In this document: piece by piece, positions 8,256 through 18,436 of the stretch
Layout of the letters: the number at the start of each line of letters is the position of its first letter
Position numbering within the stretch: position 1 is the first letter of the stretch
Source of the DNA: an uncultured delta proteobacterium
GTDB taxonomy: Bacteria > Myxococcota_A > UBA9160 > SMWR01
DNA: 64,000 nt
Direction: 5' to 3'
Assembly: GCA_963832165.1 (NCBI GenBank)
Contig: CAWHTE010000004.1
Coordinates: 576,001-640,000, forward strand
The notes under the pieces: generated by a model
Databases searched by the model: none
Seen by the model: only the letters and a program-made list of their open reading frames with translations
Told to the model about the DNA's origin: nothing
Made by a program: the position numbers and the translations under genes

Positions 8256-9217
8256 TTCGACGGCGTCACGTGTTCGCGGGCTTCGTGGGCGCGCTCGCCG
8301 CAGGTGCGGCCCAGGCCGTGGGTCCCGACCTGCCTCCGTTCGGTCTCGGCGCGTTCGATCGCGAGGAGCCGATCGAGATCACGGCCGATGAGCTCGAAGC
8401 GCAGGACCAGGACGGGATGCGCAAGCTCGCGTTCCGGCGCAGCGTCGAGGTGCGCCAGGGCCCGCTGCATCTCTCGGCCGACGTACTCCAGGCGGTGTAC
8501 GTCTCGGGCGAGAGCCAGCCGCGCGAGCTCGAAGCGCGCGGTGGCGTGCGGATCCGGGAGGGCACCCGACGCGCGCGCTGCGACGAGGCGCGCTACGACC
8601 GCCCCGCGCAGTCGCTCGTGTGCCGCGGCAAGCCGGCCGAGCTCTTCGATGCCGACGATCGGCTCGCGGGTGGCGCGATCCTGTTCGACCTCGGCAAGAA
8701 GACCGTGCGCGTGGAGAACGGTACCGAGGTGGAGATCCACCGCGAGCTCAGCGAGGCCGACATCGCGGAGCTCGGCGCCGACCCCGAGGTGCTCGAGCGC
8801 GTGCGCGGCAAGGGCCCGCTCTCGATCCGTTCCGACACGCTCGAAGCGAGCGACCCCGGGGAGACCGAGCGGCAGATCCGCTTCGGCGGCGGTGTCGCGC
8901 TCCGCCAGGGCGACATCGAGCTGTTCGCGCGCGAGCTCGAGGCGATCTATCCGCCGGGCGCTCAGCAGCCCGACCGGCTGATCGCGCGCGACGACGTCGT
9001 GCTGCGCGAGGGCCAGCGCGAGGCGCGTTGCGCGCGCGCGGAATACCAGCTCGACGAGCGCAAGCTCGCCTGCGAGGGCGACGCGGTACTGCGCGACCGC
9101 GACGACCGTCTGGAAGGCGAGCGGATCGCGTTCGACTTCGGCGCCCAGAAGGTCGATGCCGTCGGGCGCACCCGGCTCTCGGTGCAATCGCTGCGGCGCG
9201 ACCGGGAGGCGCCGTGA
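8252..9217 (+). CDS. lptA: LptA/OstA-family protein with two tandem OstA domains
   Basis: PIEITADEL...VEVRQG...ARCDEARY and PLSIRSDTL...VALRQG...ARCARAEY; located between lptC and lptB. Confidence 0.8.
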   Translation: MIRRRHVFAGFVGALAAGAAQAVGPDLPPFGLGAFDREEPIEITADELEAQDQDGMRKLAFRRSVEVRQGPLHLSADVLQAVYVSGESQPRELEARGGVRIREGTRRARCDEARYDRPAQSLVCRGKPAELFDADDRLAGGAILFDLGKKTVRVENGTEVEIHRELSEADIAELGADPEVLERVRGKGPLSIRSDTLEASDPGETERQIRFGGGVALRQGDIELFARELEAIYPPGAQQPDRLIARDDVVLREGQREARCARAEYQLDERKLACEGDAVLRDRDDRLEGERIAFDFGAQKVDAVGRTRLSVQSLRRDREAP

Positions 9218-9939
9218 CGACACTGACCGGGGTGGACCTGCGCAAGCGCTACGGCGACCGCGACGTGGTGAGCCACGTGGATGTGGCGGTGCACCCCGCA
9301 CAGGTCGTTGGACTCCTGGGTCCCAACGGCGCGGGCAAGACCACCACGTTCAACATGCTCGCGGGAGGGATCCGGCCCAGCGATGGTCACGTGCGGCTCG
9401 GCGATCTCGACATCACCGAGCTGCCGATGTACCGCCGCGCGCGGCTCGGGATCACGTACCTGCCGCAGGAGGCTTCGATCTTCCGCAAGCTCTCCGTGGC
9501 GGACAACGTCAACGCGATTCTCGAGACGGTCGAGCCCGATCGCAAGGTGCGCCGCACGCGTCTGCGCGAACTCCTGGCCGAGCTCGGCCTGACCGACAAG
9601 GCTGGTAGACGCGGCGACACGCTCTCCGGAGGCGAGCGGCGCCGCGTGGAGATCACGCGGGCGCTCGTGCTCAACCCGAAGTTCATGCTGCTCGACGAGC
9701 CGTTCGCGGGCATCGATCCGATCGCGGTGCTCGACATCCAGAAGATCATCGAGCAGCTCAAGGCGCGCGGGATCGGCGTGATCATCACCGATCACAACGT
9801 GCGCGAGACGCTTTCGATCTGCGACCACGCCTACATCATCAAGGACGGGCGGATCATCCGCGAAGGCTCGCCCAAAGACGTGGCCGCCGATCCCCAGGTC
9901 AGAGAGATCTACCTGGGAGAGAACTTCCAGCTCGCATAG
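9214..9939 (+). CDS. lptB: LPS export ABC transporter ATPase
   Basis: GLLGPNGAGKTT, YLPQEASIF, LSGGERRRVEI, LLDEPFAGIDP, YLGENF. Confidence 0.97.
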   Translation: MTTLTGVDLRKRYGDRDVVSHVDVAVHPAQVVGLLGPNGAGKTTTFNMLAGGIRPSDGHVRLGDLDITELPMYRRARLGITYLPQEASIFRKLSVADNVNAILETVEPDRKVRRTRLRELLAELGLTDKAGRRGDTLSGGERRRVEITRALVLNPKFMLLDEPFAGIDPIAVLDIQKIIEQLKARGIGVIITDHNVRETLSICDHAYIIKDGRIIREGSPKDVAADPQVREIYLGENFQLA

Positions 9940-9961
9940 GAATCCAGGAGCAGATCGACCC

Positions 9962-11455
9962 ATGGCACTCGAGCTCAAGCAACAGGTTCGCCTCAGCCAG
10001 CAGCTGGTGATGACCCCCCAGCTGCAGCAGGCGATCAAGCTGCTGCAGCTCTCGCGCATGGAGCTCGTCGATCTGGTGCAGCAGGAGCTCCAGGAGAATC
10101 CGGTGCTCGAGGAGGGCATCGAGACCGACGAGGAGCGCGCCGCCGCGGAGAGCGTGGGACTCGCGGAGAATCCCGAGATCGCCGACGCGACCGAGGCGAC
10201 CGCGGAGCTCGCGGCTGCGGACCTCGGCAGCCCCGACCCCGGCACCGCCAGCGAGGCGACCGACGCCGAGAAGTTCGCCGACGTCGACTGGCAGGACTAT
10301 CTCGACGCCAATCCGCACACGGGCATGCGCGAGGTGATGGGCGCGGACGAGCGGCCCTCGATCGACGCCACCTACACGCGCCGCGAGACGCTCTCCGAGC
10401 ACCTGCTCTGGCAGCTCCAGCTCGCGTCGCTGCCGGTCGAGGAAGAGATCGCCGCGCGCTTCATCATCGGCAACCTCGACGACCGCGGCTATCTGACCTC
10501 GCCGCTCGAAGAGATCTCGCGCCAGAGCGGCGTGCGCGAGAGCGTGGTGGTCACCGCGCTCGCCGTCGTGCAGGAGTTCGACCCGAACGGCGTCGCGGCG
10601 CGCGACCTGCGCGAGTGTCTGCGGGTCCAGGCGCGCCTGCTCGGCATCGAAGATCCGCTCGTGCTGCGGATCCTCGACGAACAGCTCGACGCGCTGGTCA
10701 AGCGCGACTTCCGCGGCGTCGCGCGCGTACTCGGCGTGTCGATCGAGGAGGTCGCCGCGGCATCGCAGGTGATCGGCCGCCTCGAGCCTCGGCCGGGTCG
10801 CGCGTTCGGCGGCGAAGATCCGGTCTACATCGTTCCGGACATCTACGTGTACCGGATTGGCGACGACTTCCACGTCGTGCTCAACGACGACGGACTGCCG
10901 CGCCTGCGCATCAGCGCGCTCTACCGCGAGGTGCTCGCGAAGGGCAATTCCGCGCCGAAGGACACCAAGGAATACGTGGGCGACAAGGTCCGCTCGGCGA
11001 TGTGGCTGATCAAGTCGATCCACCAGCGCCAGCGCACGATCTACAAGGTGATGCAGAGCATCATCAAGCACCAGCGCGAGTTCTTCGAACGCGGCATCAA
11101 CTATCTCAAACCGCTCAATCTGCGCGACGTGGCAGACGATATCGAGATGCACGAGTCGACGGTGAGCCGCGTGACCACCAACAAGTACGCCCATACACCA
11201 CAGGGCATCTTCGAGCTGAAGTACTTCTTCAACTCGAGCATCAGCCGCGTGCAGGGCGATGCGGTGGCGAGCGAGAGCGTGAAGGAGCGGATCCGCCGGC
11301 TGATCGTGAACGAGGATCCGCGGCGCCCGCTCTCCGATCAGCGGATCGCCGAAATGCTTCGCGTGGCGAACATCGACATCGCGCGGCGCACCGTGACCAA
11401 ATATCGCGAGTCGATGAACCTCTTGTCCTCGACCAAACGACGACAGGTAGGGTGA
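9962..11455 (+). CDS. rpoN: RNA polymerase sigma-54 factor
   Basis: MTPQLQQAIKLLQL, MHESTVSR, RpoN box ARRTVTKYRE. Confidence 0.98.
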   Translation: MALELKQQVRLSQQLVMTPQLQQAIKLLQLSRMELVDLVQQELQENPVLEEGIETDEERAAAESVGLAENPEIADATEATAELAAADLGSPDPGTASEATDAEKFADVDWQDYLDANPHTGMREVMGADERPSIDATYTRRETLSEHLLWQLQLASLPVEEEIAARFIIGNLDDRGYLTSPLEEISRQSGVRESVVVTALAVVQEFDPNGVAARDLRECLRVQARLLGIEDPLVLRILDEQLDALVKRDFRGVARVLGVSIEEVAAASQVIGRLEPRPGRAFGGEDPVYIVPDIYVYRIGDDFHVVLNDDGLPRLRISALYREVLAKGNSAPKDTKEYVGDKVRSAMWLIKSIHQRQRTIYKVMQSIIKHQREFFERGINYLKPLNLRDVADDIEMHESTVSRVTTNKYAHTPQGIFELKYFFNSSISRVQGDAVASESVKERIRRLIVNEDPRRPLSDQRIAEMLRVANIDIARRTVTKYRESMNLLSSTKRRQVG

Positions 11456-11495
11456 TGCGGGCTAGAGTGCCGGCTCGCAGGCCAGGGGCACGCCG

Positions 11496-11957
11496 ATGAA
11501 GATCATGGAGATCCTCGTCAAAGAGTCCGTGATCCTCGATCTCGGCGTGCGGACCAAGCGCGAAGTGCTTGCGGAGATGGCCGCGAGCCTCGCGAAGGTC
11601 GAGCCGCAGATCGCAGCCGACCGGCTGCTCGACGTGCTCATGGAGCGCGAGGCACTCCAGAGCACCGGGATCGGCGAGGGCGTGGCGATCCCCCACGGGA
11701 AGCTCCCGGGACTCGAGCGGCTGGTCGCGAGCTTCGCGCGCAGCCGCGAGGGCATCGACTTCGAGTCGATCGACGGTCAGCTCACCCACCACTTCTTCCT
11801 GCTGGTAGTGCCCGAGCATTCGGGCGGGCAGTACCTGAAGGCGCTCGCTCGGATCTCCCGGTTCTTCCGGGATCCCGCCTTCCGCCAGAGCCTCGCGCAG
11901 GGCGAGGAACTGGAAGACGTGATCCGCGCAATCGAAGAAGAAGACGCCAAGCTCTGA
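11496..11957 (+). CDS. ptsN: PTS EIIA-Ntr
   Basis: ERE...STGIGEGVAIPHG; follows rpoN. Confidence 0.9.
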   Translation: MKIMEILVKESVILDLGVRTKREVLAEMAASLAKVEPQIAADRLLDVLMEREALQSTGIGEGVAIPHGKLPGLERLVASFARSREGIDFESIDGQLTHHFFLLVVPEHSGGQYLKALARISRFFRDPAFRQSLAQGEELEDVIRAIEEEDAKL

Positions 11958-11979
11958 TCCGCGTTCGCTTGGAGATGCC

Positions 11980-12489
11980 GTGAGATACCACGGTGTATTG
12001 GTCGACGTCGGAGGTGTGGGCGTGCTGCTCGCGGGGCCGAGCGGTGCCGGCAAGAGCGAGTGCGCGCTCGAGCTGATCGCGCGCGGGAACCGGCTGGTCG
12101 CGGACGATGCGGTCGAGCTCACGCGCGAGGGCGACCGCGTGATCGGGCGCGCCTCGGAGGTGATCGGACCGCACCTCGAAATCCGCGGGCTCGGCATCCT
12201 CAGCGTCGTGGACCTCTACGGCCCGGACGCGTGGACGGAGTCGGCTGCGGTCGAGCTCGTGTGCCGACTCGACCCGGGCCGCGCGGACTTCGACCGCGTC
12301 GGGCTCGTGCGCGAGACCGAGGACCTGCTGGGCGTCGCGGTGCCGCGCGTCGTGCTGCCGGCGCCGCCGGGCACCAGCCTCGCGACGATCGTCGACGCGG
12401 CCGTGCGCGACCTGCGCCTGCGGATGGCCGGCACCAACTCCGCGGAGCGCTTCGACGCGCGCTGGCAGCGGTCGAGGCGATCGTCGTGA
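11980..12489 (+). CDS. hprK: HPr kinase/phosphorylase, short form (catalytic domain only)
   Basis: HGVLVDV, GPSGAGKSECALELI, LVADD, LEIRGLGI. Confidence 0.88.
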   Translation: MRYHGVLVDVGGVGVLLAGPSGAGKSECALELIARGNRLVADDAVELTREGDRVIGRASEVIGPHLEIRGLGILSVVDLYGPDAWTESAAVELVCRLDPGRADFDRVGLVRETEDLLGVAVPRVVLPAPPGTSLATIVDAAVRDLRLRMAGTNSAERFDARWQRSRRSS

Positions 12490-13349
12490 GCCGCTCACGC
12501 GTCGTGTTCGTGTCGGGGTTGTCGGGCAGCGGCAAGAGCACTGCGATGGCCGCGCTCGAGGATCTCGGCTTCTACTGCGCGGACAACCTGCCGGCCCCGC
12601 TGGTCGATCAGTTTCTCGATCTCTGCGCCAAGGCCACGCCGCCGATCGAGAAAATCGCGCTCGCGCTCGACGCGCGCGAGGCCCAGTTCCTGACCGCGAT
12701 GCCCGCGGCGATCGCGCGCGTGCGCGAGGTGGGGCACTCGGTGGAGCTGCTCTTCCTCGACAGCTCGGACGAGTCGCTCGTGCGCCGTTACCGGGAGACG
12801 CGGCGCGTCCACCCGCTCTCCCCGGACGGCTCGGTCGAGCGCGGCATTGCGGCCGAGCGCACGCTCCTGCGCGACGTCGCGCGCCTCGCCGACCGCTCGA
12901 TCGATACCAGTGCGCTCAACGTGCACCAGCTCAAGGCCGCGATCGTCCAGGTGGTGTCGGGCCAGACCCGCCCCACGGTCGTGAACGTGGTCTCGTTCGG
13001 GTTCCGCTATGGCACGCCCGAGGCGCTCGAGCTCTTGTTCGACGTGCGCTTTCTGCCCAATCCCTTCTTCGAGACCGACCTGCGCGAGCGCACCGGACTC
13101 GACGCCCCCGTGGCCGAATACGTGCTCAAGTCGACGCGCGGGTCGGCGTTCTTCGAGCGTCTGCGCGATTGGCTGCGCTTCCTGCTACCCCTCTACGACA
13201 GCGAGGGGAAGGCCTACGTCACGATCGGGGTAGGGTGCACTGGGGGAAGGCACCGGTCGGTGGTGGTGGCCGAAGCCATCGCGGTCGCGCTGCGCGCGGA
13301 CGGCCGCGAGGTGAACGTCGAGCACCGCGACGTGGAGAAGAGCACATGA
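12486..13349 (+). CDS. rapZ: RNase adapter RapZ/YvcJ P-loop protein
   Basis: SGLSGSGKS, DNLP, SFGFRYG, DVRFLPNP, GCTGGRHRSV. Confidence 0.95.
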   Translation: MSRSRVVFVSGLSGSGKSTAMAALEDLGFYCADNLPAPLVDQFLDLCAKATPPIEKIALALDAREAQFLTAMPAAIARVREVGHSVELLFLDSSDESLVRRYRETRRVHPLSPDGSVERGIAAERTLLRDVARLADRSIDTSALNVHQLKAAIVQVVSGQTRPTVVNVVSFGFRYGTPEALELLFDVRFLPNPFFETDLRERTGLDAPVAEYVLKSTRGSAFFERLRDWLRFLLPLYDSEGKAYVTIGVGCTGGRHRSVVVAEAIAVALRADGREVNVEHRDVEKST

Positions 13350-13756
13350 AGCCGGGCATCGTGATCGTGACGCACTACCGGCTCGGCGAAGAGTTCCTGC
13401 AGGCGCTGCGCCTGATCGTGCCGGATGCGCCGGAGTTCCACTCGGTGTCGGTGGAGCCCACCCAGACGGTCGAGGAGATGCGCAGCAAGATCCAGGACGC
13501 GCTCAAGGCGGCCGACCGCGGGAACGGAATCCTCGTGCTCACCGACATGTTCGGCGGCACGCCCTCGAACATCGCGCTCTCGTTCCTCGACGAGCACCGC
13601 GTGGAAGTCGTCACGGGCCTCAACCTTCCGATGCTGATCAAGCTCGCGACGATGAGCGAGGACAAACCGCTCGACGAGCTCGCCGCGTTCATCAAGAGCT
13701 ATGGGCAGCGCAACATCTCGGTGGCGAGCGAGCTCCTCCCGGACGAGGGCCAATGA
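13346..13756 (+). CDS. PTS mannose/fructose-type EIIA component
   Basis: [30 protein letters not shown]. Confidence 0.92.
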   Translation: MKPGIVIVTHYRLGEEFLQALRLIVPDAPEFHSVSVEPTQTVEEMRSKIQDALKAADRGNGILVLTDMFGGTPSNIALSFLDEHRVEVVTGLNLPMLIKLATMSEDKPLDELAAFIKSYGQRNISVASELLPDEGQ

Positions 13757-14076
13757 CCGGCGATTCGCGCTGCGAGCGGGTGTTCACGGTGCACTCCGAC
13801 CTCGGGCTGCACGCGCGCCCGGCCGGCGTGTTCGTGATGGTCGCCAAGCGCTTCGAGGCCCAGATCGAGGTGGCGCGCGCGGAGGGCGGCGAGGACTGGG
13901 TGGACGGCCGCAGCATCCTGTCGCTGCTCTCGCTCGCGGCCGGTCGCGGCACGCGCCTGCGCGTGCGCGCCCAGGGCACCGATGCAGCCGACGCCGTGGA
14001 GGCGCTGGGCCGGCTGCTCGAGGGTCGCGACGCGACTCCCGGATCGGGCGCAGCCGAGCGCAGCCAAACAGGCTAG
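13753..14076 (+). CDS. ptsH: Phosphocarrier HPr
   Basis: GLHARPA (His15 site) and DGRSILSL (Ser46 site). Confidence 0.92.
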   Translation: MTGDSRCERVFTVHSDLGLHARPAGVFVMVAKRFEAQIEVARAEGGEDWVDGRSILSLLSLAAGRGTRLRVRAQGTDAADAVEALGRLLEGRDATPGSGAAERSQTG

Positions 14077-14077
14077 A

Positions 14078-14127
14078 CGCAAGCGCCGCGAAGCGGCGCG
14101 CGCAGCGAGCCGAAGGCGAGCGAAGTC
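14078..14127 (+). repeat. Dispersed repeat, medium form (copy B3)
   Basis: CGCAA-GCGCCGC-GAA-GCGGCGC-GCGCAGCGAGCCGAAGGCGAGCGAAGTC; matches reverse complement of 52033-52080. Confidence 0.92.
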
Positions 14128-14155
14128 AAAGAGGGGGTCAGGGCATCCTCGACGG

Positions 14156-14184
14156 TCGAGAGTCTTGGACCGGCCTGCTAGGAT
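14156..14184 (+). promoter_or_regulatory. Candidate sigma70 promoter of metK
   Basis: TCGAGA-17 nt-TAGGAT with extended TG. Confidence 0.4.
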
Positions 14185-14264
14185 GCCCGCCTCCGGGGCC
14201 TCGCCGGGTCGCCCGCGATCCGCTCCGATGGCCCCAGCAGACCCGATCCGAGGAGAATCCGGTT

Positions 14265-15428
14265 ATGTCGCGCCAGCTGTTCACGTCCGAGTCGGTCTCG
14301 ATGGGCCATCCCGACAAGATGTGCGACCAGATCTCGGACGCCGTGCTCGACGCGATGCTCGAGCAGGATCCGACCTCGCGCGTCGCGTGCGAGACGCTGA
14401 CCACCACGGGCATGGTGCTGCTCGCGGGCGAGATCACCACCAAGGCCGACGTCGAGTTTCCCGCGCTCGTGCGCGATGTGGTGCGCTTCATCGGCTACAC
14501 GAGCTCGGAGATGGGGTTCGACGCCGACACCTGCGCCGTGCAGGTCGCGCTCGGCAAGCAGTCGCCCGACATCTCGCAGGGCGTGACCGAGGGCGAGGGC
14601 CTGCACAAGGAGCAGGGCGCGGGCGACCAGGGAATGATGTTCGGGTACGCCTGCGACGAGACGCCCGAGCTGATGCCTGCCCCGATCCGGCTCGCGCACC
14701 AGCTGATCGAGCGGCACCGCGAGCTCTTCGAGACCAACAAGCTCTCCTACCTGCGGCCCGACGCGAAGTCGCAGGTGACGGTCGAGTACGCGGATGACAA
14801 GCCCCGGCGGATCACCGCGGTCGTGCTGTCGACGCAGCACAGCCCCCAGGTGAGCTACGACACGCTGCGCAAGGACGTGATCGAGCAGATGATCCGGCCG
14901 GCGCTGCCGGCGAACTGGATCGACGCCAACACCGTGTTCCACGTCAACCCGACCGGCCGCTTCGTGGTGGGCGGCCCGATGGGCGACGCGGGCCTGACCG
15001 GGCGCAAGATCATCGTCGATACCTACGGCGGCATGGGTCGCCACGGCGGCGGCGCGTTCTCGGGCAAGGATCCCTCGAAGGTCGACCGCAGCGCGGCCTA
15101 CGCCGCGCGCTGGGTGGCGAAGAACCTCGTGAAGGCCGGCATCGCGCGGCGCGCCGAGGTGCAGCTCGCCTACGCGATCGGCGTGGCCGAGCCGATCTCG
15201 ATCCGCGTCGACACGTTCGGTACCTCGACGTTCGACTTCGATCGCCTCGAGCGGCTCGTGCGCGACCACTTCGACCTGACTCCGCGCGGGATCATCGAGG
15301 CGCTCGATCTGCGGCGCCCGATCTACCGCGCAACCGCCTATCACGGTCACTTCGGGCGCGAAGACCAGGGCTTCCCCTGGGAGGAGACGTCGCGCGCCGA
15401 GGCGCTGCGCCGCGCGGCGGCGCGCTGA
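14265..15428 (+). CDS. metK: S-adenosylmethionine synthetase
   Basis: [46 protein letters not shown]. Confidence 0.98.
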   Translation: MSRQLFTSESVSMGHPDKMCDQISDAVLDAMLEQDPTSRVACETLTTTGMVLLAGEITTKADVEFPALVRDVVRFIGYTSSEMGFDADTCAVQVALGKQSPDISQGVTEGEGLHKEQGAGDQGMMFGYACDETPELMPAPIRLAHQLIERHRELFETNKLSYLRPDAKSQVTVEYADDKPRRITAVVLSTQHSPQVSYDTLRKDVIEQMIRPALPANWIDANTVFHVNPTGRFVVGGPMGDAGLTGRKIIVDTYGGMGRHGGGAFSGKDPSKVDRSAAYAARWVAKNLVKAGIARRAEVQLAYAIGVAEPISIRVDTFGTSTFDFDRLERLVRDHFDLTPRGIIEALDLRRPIYRATAYHGHFGREDQGFPWEETSRAEALRRAAAR

Positions 15429-15432
15429 GCGG

Positions 15433-16497
15433 GTGACGCGGCGCGCGCGAGCGCGGTGGACCCCGTGGCTGCTCGGGGTCGGTGCGGGGGTCGCGTTCGC
15501 GGGCGCGGCGACCGCTCAGGAGCTGCGCGTGCTGCTCTACGAGACGCGCGGCACGACCCAGATCGCGGGCGCGCGCGTGGCGCCGGACGGCCCCGGCCTG
15601 CGCATCGACGGGCGCCGCGTGGGTCGGCGCTGGGTGGCGCCCGGGCCGGGACCGCATCGCGCGGGCGACCAGTGGGTGCGCGGCAGCGTCGCCGTGGAGC
15701 GCCGCGGGTCGGGCCTGCGCGTGATCAATCGCGTGCCGCTCGAGACCTACGTCGCGGGAACGCTCGGCACCGAGGTGTACAGCCGCTGGGACGACGACAC
15801 TCTGCGCGCGCAGGCCGTGGTGACGCGCACGTATGCGCTCTACCAGCGCGCGCGCCGCGGCGCGCAGGGCTTCGACCTCGAGGCCGACACGAGCAGCCAG
15901 GTCTACGGCGGTGTGCGCGCAGAGGATCCCGCGATCGCGAGCGCGGTCGCGGCCACGCGCTCCGAGGTGCTCACCTGGAACGGCCAGCCGATCCTCGCCG
16001 CGTTCCACTCCGCGGCGGGAGGCCGGACCGCGAGCGCCGAGGAGGTCTGGGGCGAGGCGCTTCCCTACTTGAGCAGCGTCGAGGTCGACGGCGAGCAGGA
16101 CTCGCCCGACACCTACTGGCGCGTGCGGTACTCGCGCACCGAGCTCGGGCGCGCGCTCGCGCCGCTGGGTCTCCGGCTCGGCGCGGTCCGCGAGGCGCGC
16201 GTGGCCGCGCGCACGCCGAGCGGCCGAGCGGCGCGCGTCGTGCTGACGGGATCGCTCGGAAGCGGGCACGTCACGGGGCGCGCGCTGCGCTCCGCGCTCG
16301 GCGACGGCGTGATCCGCAGCACGCTGTTCGAGATCCGCGATCTCGGCGACGACGTCGTATTCGTGGGCTCGGGCCACGGCCACGGGGTCGGCATGAGCCA
16401 GTGGGGAGCCCAGGCGATGGCCGAGCGCGGCGCCGACTACCGCGAGATCCTCGCGGCCTTCTATCCCGGAACCCGGTTGGAACGGAGGTCCAAGTGA
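15433..16497 (+). CDS. SpoIID/LytB domain protein (lytic transglycosylase-like)
   Basis: INRVPLETYVAG, LRAQAVVTRTYA, SQVYGG, GHGHGVGMSQWGA. Confidence 0.9.
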   Translation: MTRRARARWTPWLLGVGAGVAFAGAATAQELRVLLYETRGTTQIAGARVAPDGPGLRIDGRRVGRRWVAPGPGPHRAGDQWVRGSVAVERRGSGLRVINRVPLETYVAGTLGTEVYSRWDDDTLRAQAVVTRTYALYQRARRGAQGFDLEADTSSQVYGGVRAEDPAIASAVAATRSEVLTWNGQPILAAFHSAAGGRTASAEEVWGEALPYLSSVEVDGEQDSPDTYWRVRYSRTELGRALAPLGLRLGAVREARVAARTPSGRAARVVLTGSLGSGHVTGRALRSALGDGVIRSTLFEIRDLGDDVVFVGSGHGHGVGMSQWGAQAMAERGADYREILAAFYPGTRLERRSK

Positions 16498-16841
16498 ACG
16501 AGACCCTTGCCGGCTTCGTGCCGCTCCAGGCGGCGGCCGAGACGCCGTCGCCGCTCGGCATGCTCGTGCCCATGGGGCTGATCTTCCTGATCTTCTATTT
16601 CCTGTTGATCCGCCCGCAGCAGAAGCGCCAGCGCGATCTCGACGCGATGCTCAAGGCGATCGACAAGAACGACAGCGTCGTGACGGCGGGCGGGCTGCAC
16701 GGCAAGGTGGTCGGAATCGCCGACGACGTGCTCACGATCGAGATCGCAGCGCTGAAGGGCGAGCGCGTCCGGGTCAAGGTTTCCCGGGCGAAGATCGAGA
16801 GCGTGCAGAAGGCGAAGAAGGGCGAGGGCGAAGAGACATGA
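16494..16841 (+). CDS. yajC: Preprotein translocase subunit YajC
   Basis: IFYFLLIRPQQKRQ, VVTAGGLHGKV; precedes secD. Confidence 0.95.
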   Translation: MNETLAGFVPLQAAAETPSPLGMLVPMGLIFLIFYFLLIRPQQKRQRDLDAMLKAIDKNDSVVTAGGLHGKVVGIADDVLTIEIAALKGERVRVKVSRAKIESVQKAKKGEGEET

Positions 16842-18418
16842 CGAATCTGCGCTGGCGCATCGCTGCGGTGAGCGCGCTCGTGCTCTGGTTCAGCTTCCTC
16901 ACGGTGGCGAACTTCGTGCCGAAGGAGCAGCGCGTCGCGAGCCCGCTCCTCCCCGACGATGGGATGCGCCTCGGACTCGATCTGCAGGGCGGCATCCACT
17001 GGGTGCTCGGCGTGAAGCTCGAAGAAGCCGAGCACCAGGAGCTCTCGTTCCTGCGCGAGAGCCTGGAGGCCGCCGCACGCGACGACGACTTCACGCTGGA
17101 GTCGGTGGGGGTGGAGGGCAACCGGCTGGTGGTCACCGCGGGCCCGACCGCCGTCGAGAAGGTGCGCGAGTGGGTCAAGGGGACGGGAGCGCTCACGGAG
17201 CAGGCCACCGGCAACCGTCTCGAGTACACCCTCACCTCCGATGCCGTCGCGGCGGTCCGGAAGCGCGGCATGGACCAGGTGCTCGAGGTGCTGCGGCAGC
17301 GCATCAGCGATCCGATCAAGGGCATCGCGGACTCGGTGGTCACGCTCCAGGGCGCGGACCGCGTGCTGGTGCAGATCCCGGGCGGCCAGGTCGATCGCGC
17401 CAGCGCTCGCGAGCTCTTGCGCGTCACCGGCTTCCTCGAGTTCAAGATCGTGATGGATCAGGCGCAGAACGAGGAGCTCCTGCACGCGAAGTATCCCGAC
17501 GGTTTCCCGGCCGGCAGCGAAATCGGCACCGAGCGCGACAAGGAGACCGACCGGGTCCTGACGGCCTATCTGCTGCCCGCGGAACCGAACCTCACGGGCG
17601 ACTATCTCAAGGACGCGCGGGTGAGCTTCGACCGCCAGCAGCGCCCGATCGTGACGTTCCAGTTCAACAGCGAAGGCGGGCGGATCTTCGGCGAGCTCAC
17701 CGAATCGCACATCGGCGACCAGCTCGCGATCGTGCTCGACGACCGTGTCTACAGCGCGCCGAACATCCGATCGCGGATCGGCTCGAGCGGACAGATCGAG
17801 GGGCGCTTCACGACCCAGGAGGCCGCCGATCTCGCCGTAGTGCTGCGCTCCGGCTCGCTGCCGATTCCGGTCGCGATCGAGGAGGAGCGCACGATCGGCC
17901 CGGCCCTGGGCGCCGACTCGATCCGCCACGGCATCCAGGCCTCGGTGGCCAGCCTGCTCGCCGTGCTCGTCTTCGCGGTGGTCTACTACCGGATGTCGGG
18001 CGTGTACGCGACGATCGCGATCACGGTCGGCATGATCTCGATCATCGGCCTGATGGCGATGTCCAAGGCGACGCTCACGATGCCGGGGATCGCCGGGCTC
18101 GTGCTCACGGTCGGCATGGCGATCGACGGCAACGTGCTGATCTTCGAGCGCATCCGCGAGGAGCTGAAAGGCGGCAAGACGCCGCGCGCCGCGATCAAGG
18201 CGGGCTTCAGCCGCGCGCTGTATCCGATCGTAGACGGACACGTCACCGCGATGATCACGGCGCTGGTGCTCTACGAGTACGGCACCGGTCCGATCAAGGG
18301 GTTCGCGGTCACGCTGGCGCTCGGCCTGGTCGCGACCGTCTTCCAGGCGGTGATCGTCAACCGCCTTCTCTACGCCATCTACCCCGGCGACCGCCAGGTG
18401 GCCACATTGTCGATCTGA
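16838..18418 (+). CDS. secD: Protein translocase subunit SecD
   Basis: LGLDLQGG, LAIVLD, LRSGSLP, IGPALGAD, GMAIDGNVLIFERIREE. Confidence 0.97.
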   Translation: MTNLRWRIAAVSALVLWFSFLTVANFVPKEQRVASPLLPDDGMRLGLDLQGGIHWVLGVKLEEAEHQELSFLRESLEAAARDDDFTLESVGVEGNRLVVTAGPTAVEKVREWVKGTGALTEQATGNRLEYTLTSDAVAAVRKRGMDQVLEVLRQRISDPIKGIADSVVTLQGADRVLVQIPGGQVDRASARELLRVTGFLEFKIVMDQAQNEELLHAKYPDGFPAGSEIGTERDKETDRVLTAYLLPAEPNLTGDYLKDARVSFDRQQRPIVTFQFNSEGGRIFGELTESHIGDQLAIVLDDRVYSAPNIRSRIGSSGQIEGRFTTQEAADLAVVLRSGSLPIPVAIEEERTIGPALGADSIRHGIQASVASLLAVLVFAVVYYRMSGVYATIAITVGMISIIGLMAMSKATLTMPGIAGLVLTVGMAIDGNVLIFERIREELKGGKTPRAAIKAGFSRALYPIVDGHVTAMITALVLYEYGTGPIKGFAVTLALGLVATVFQAVIVNRLLYAIYPGDRQVATLSI

Positions 18419-18436
18419 CCAGGAAGGATCCCACCC

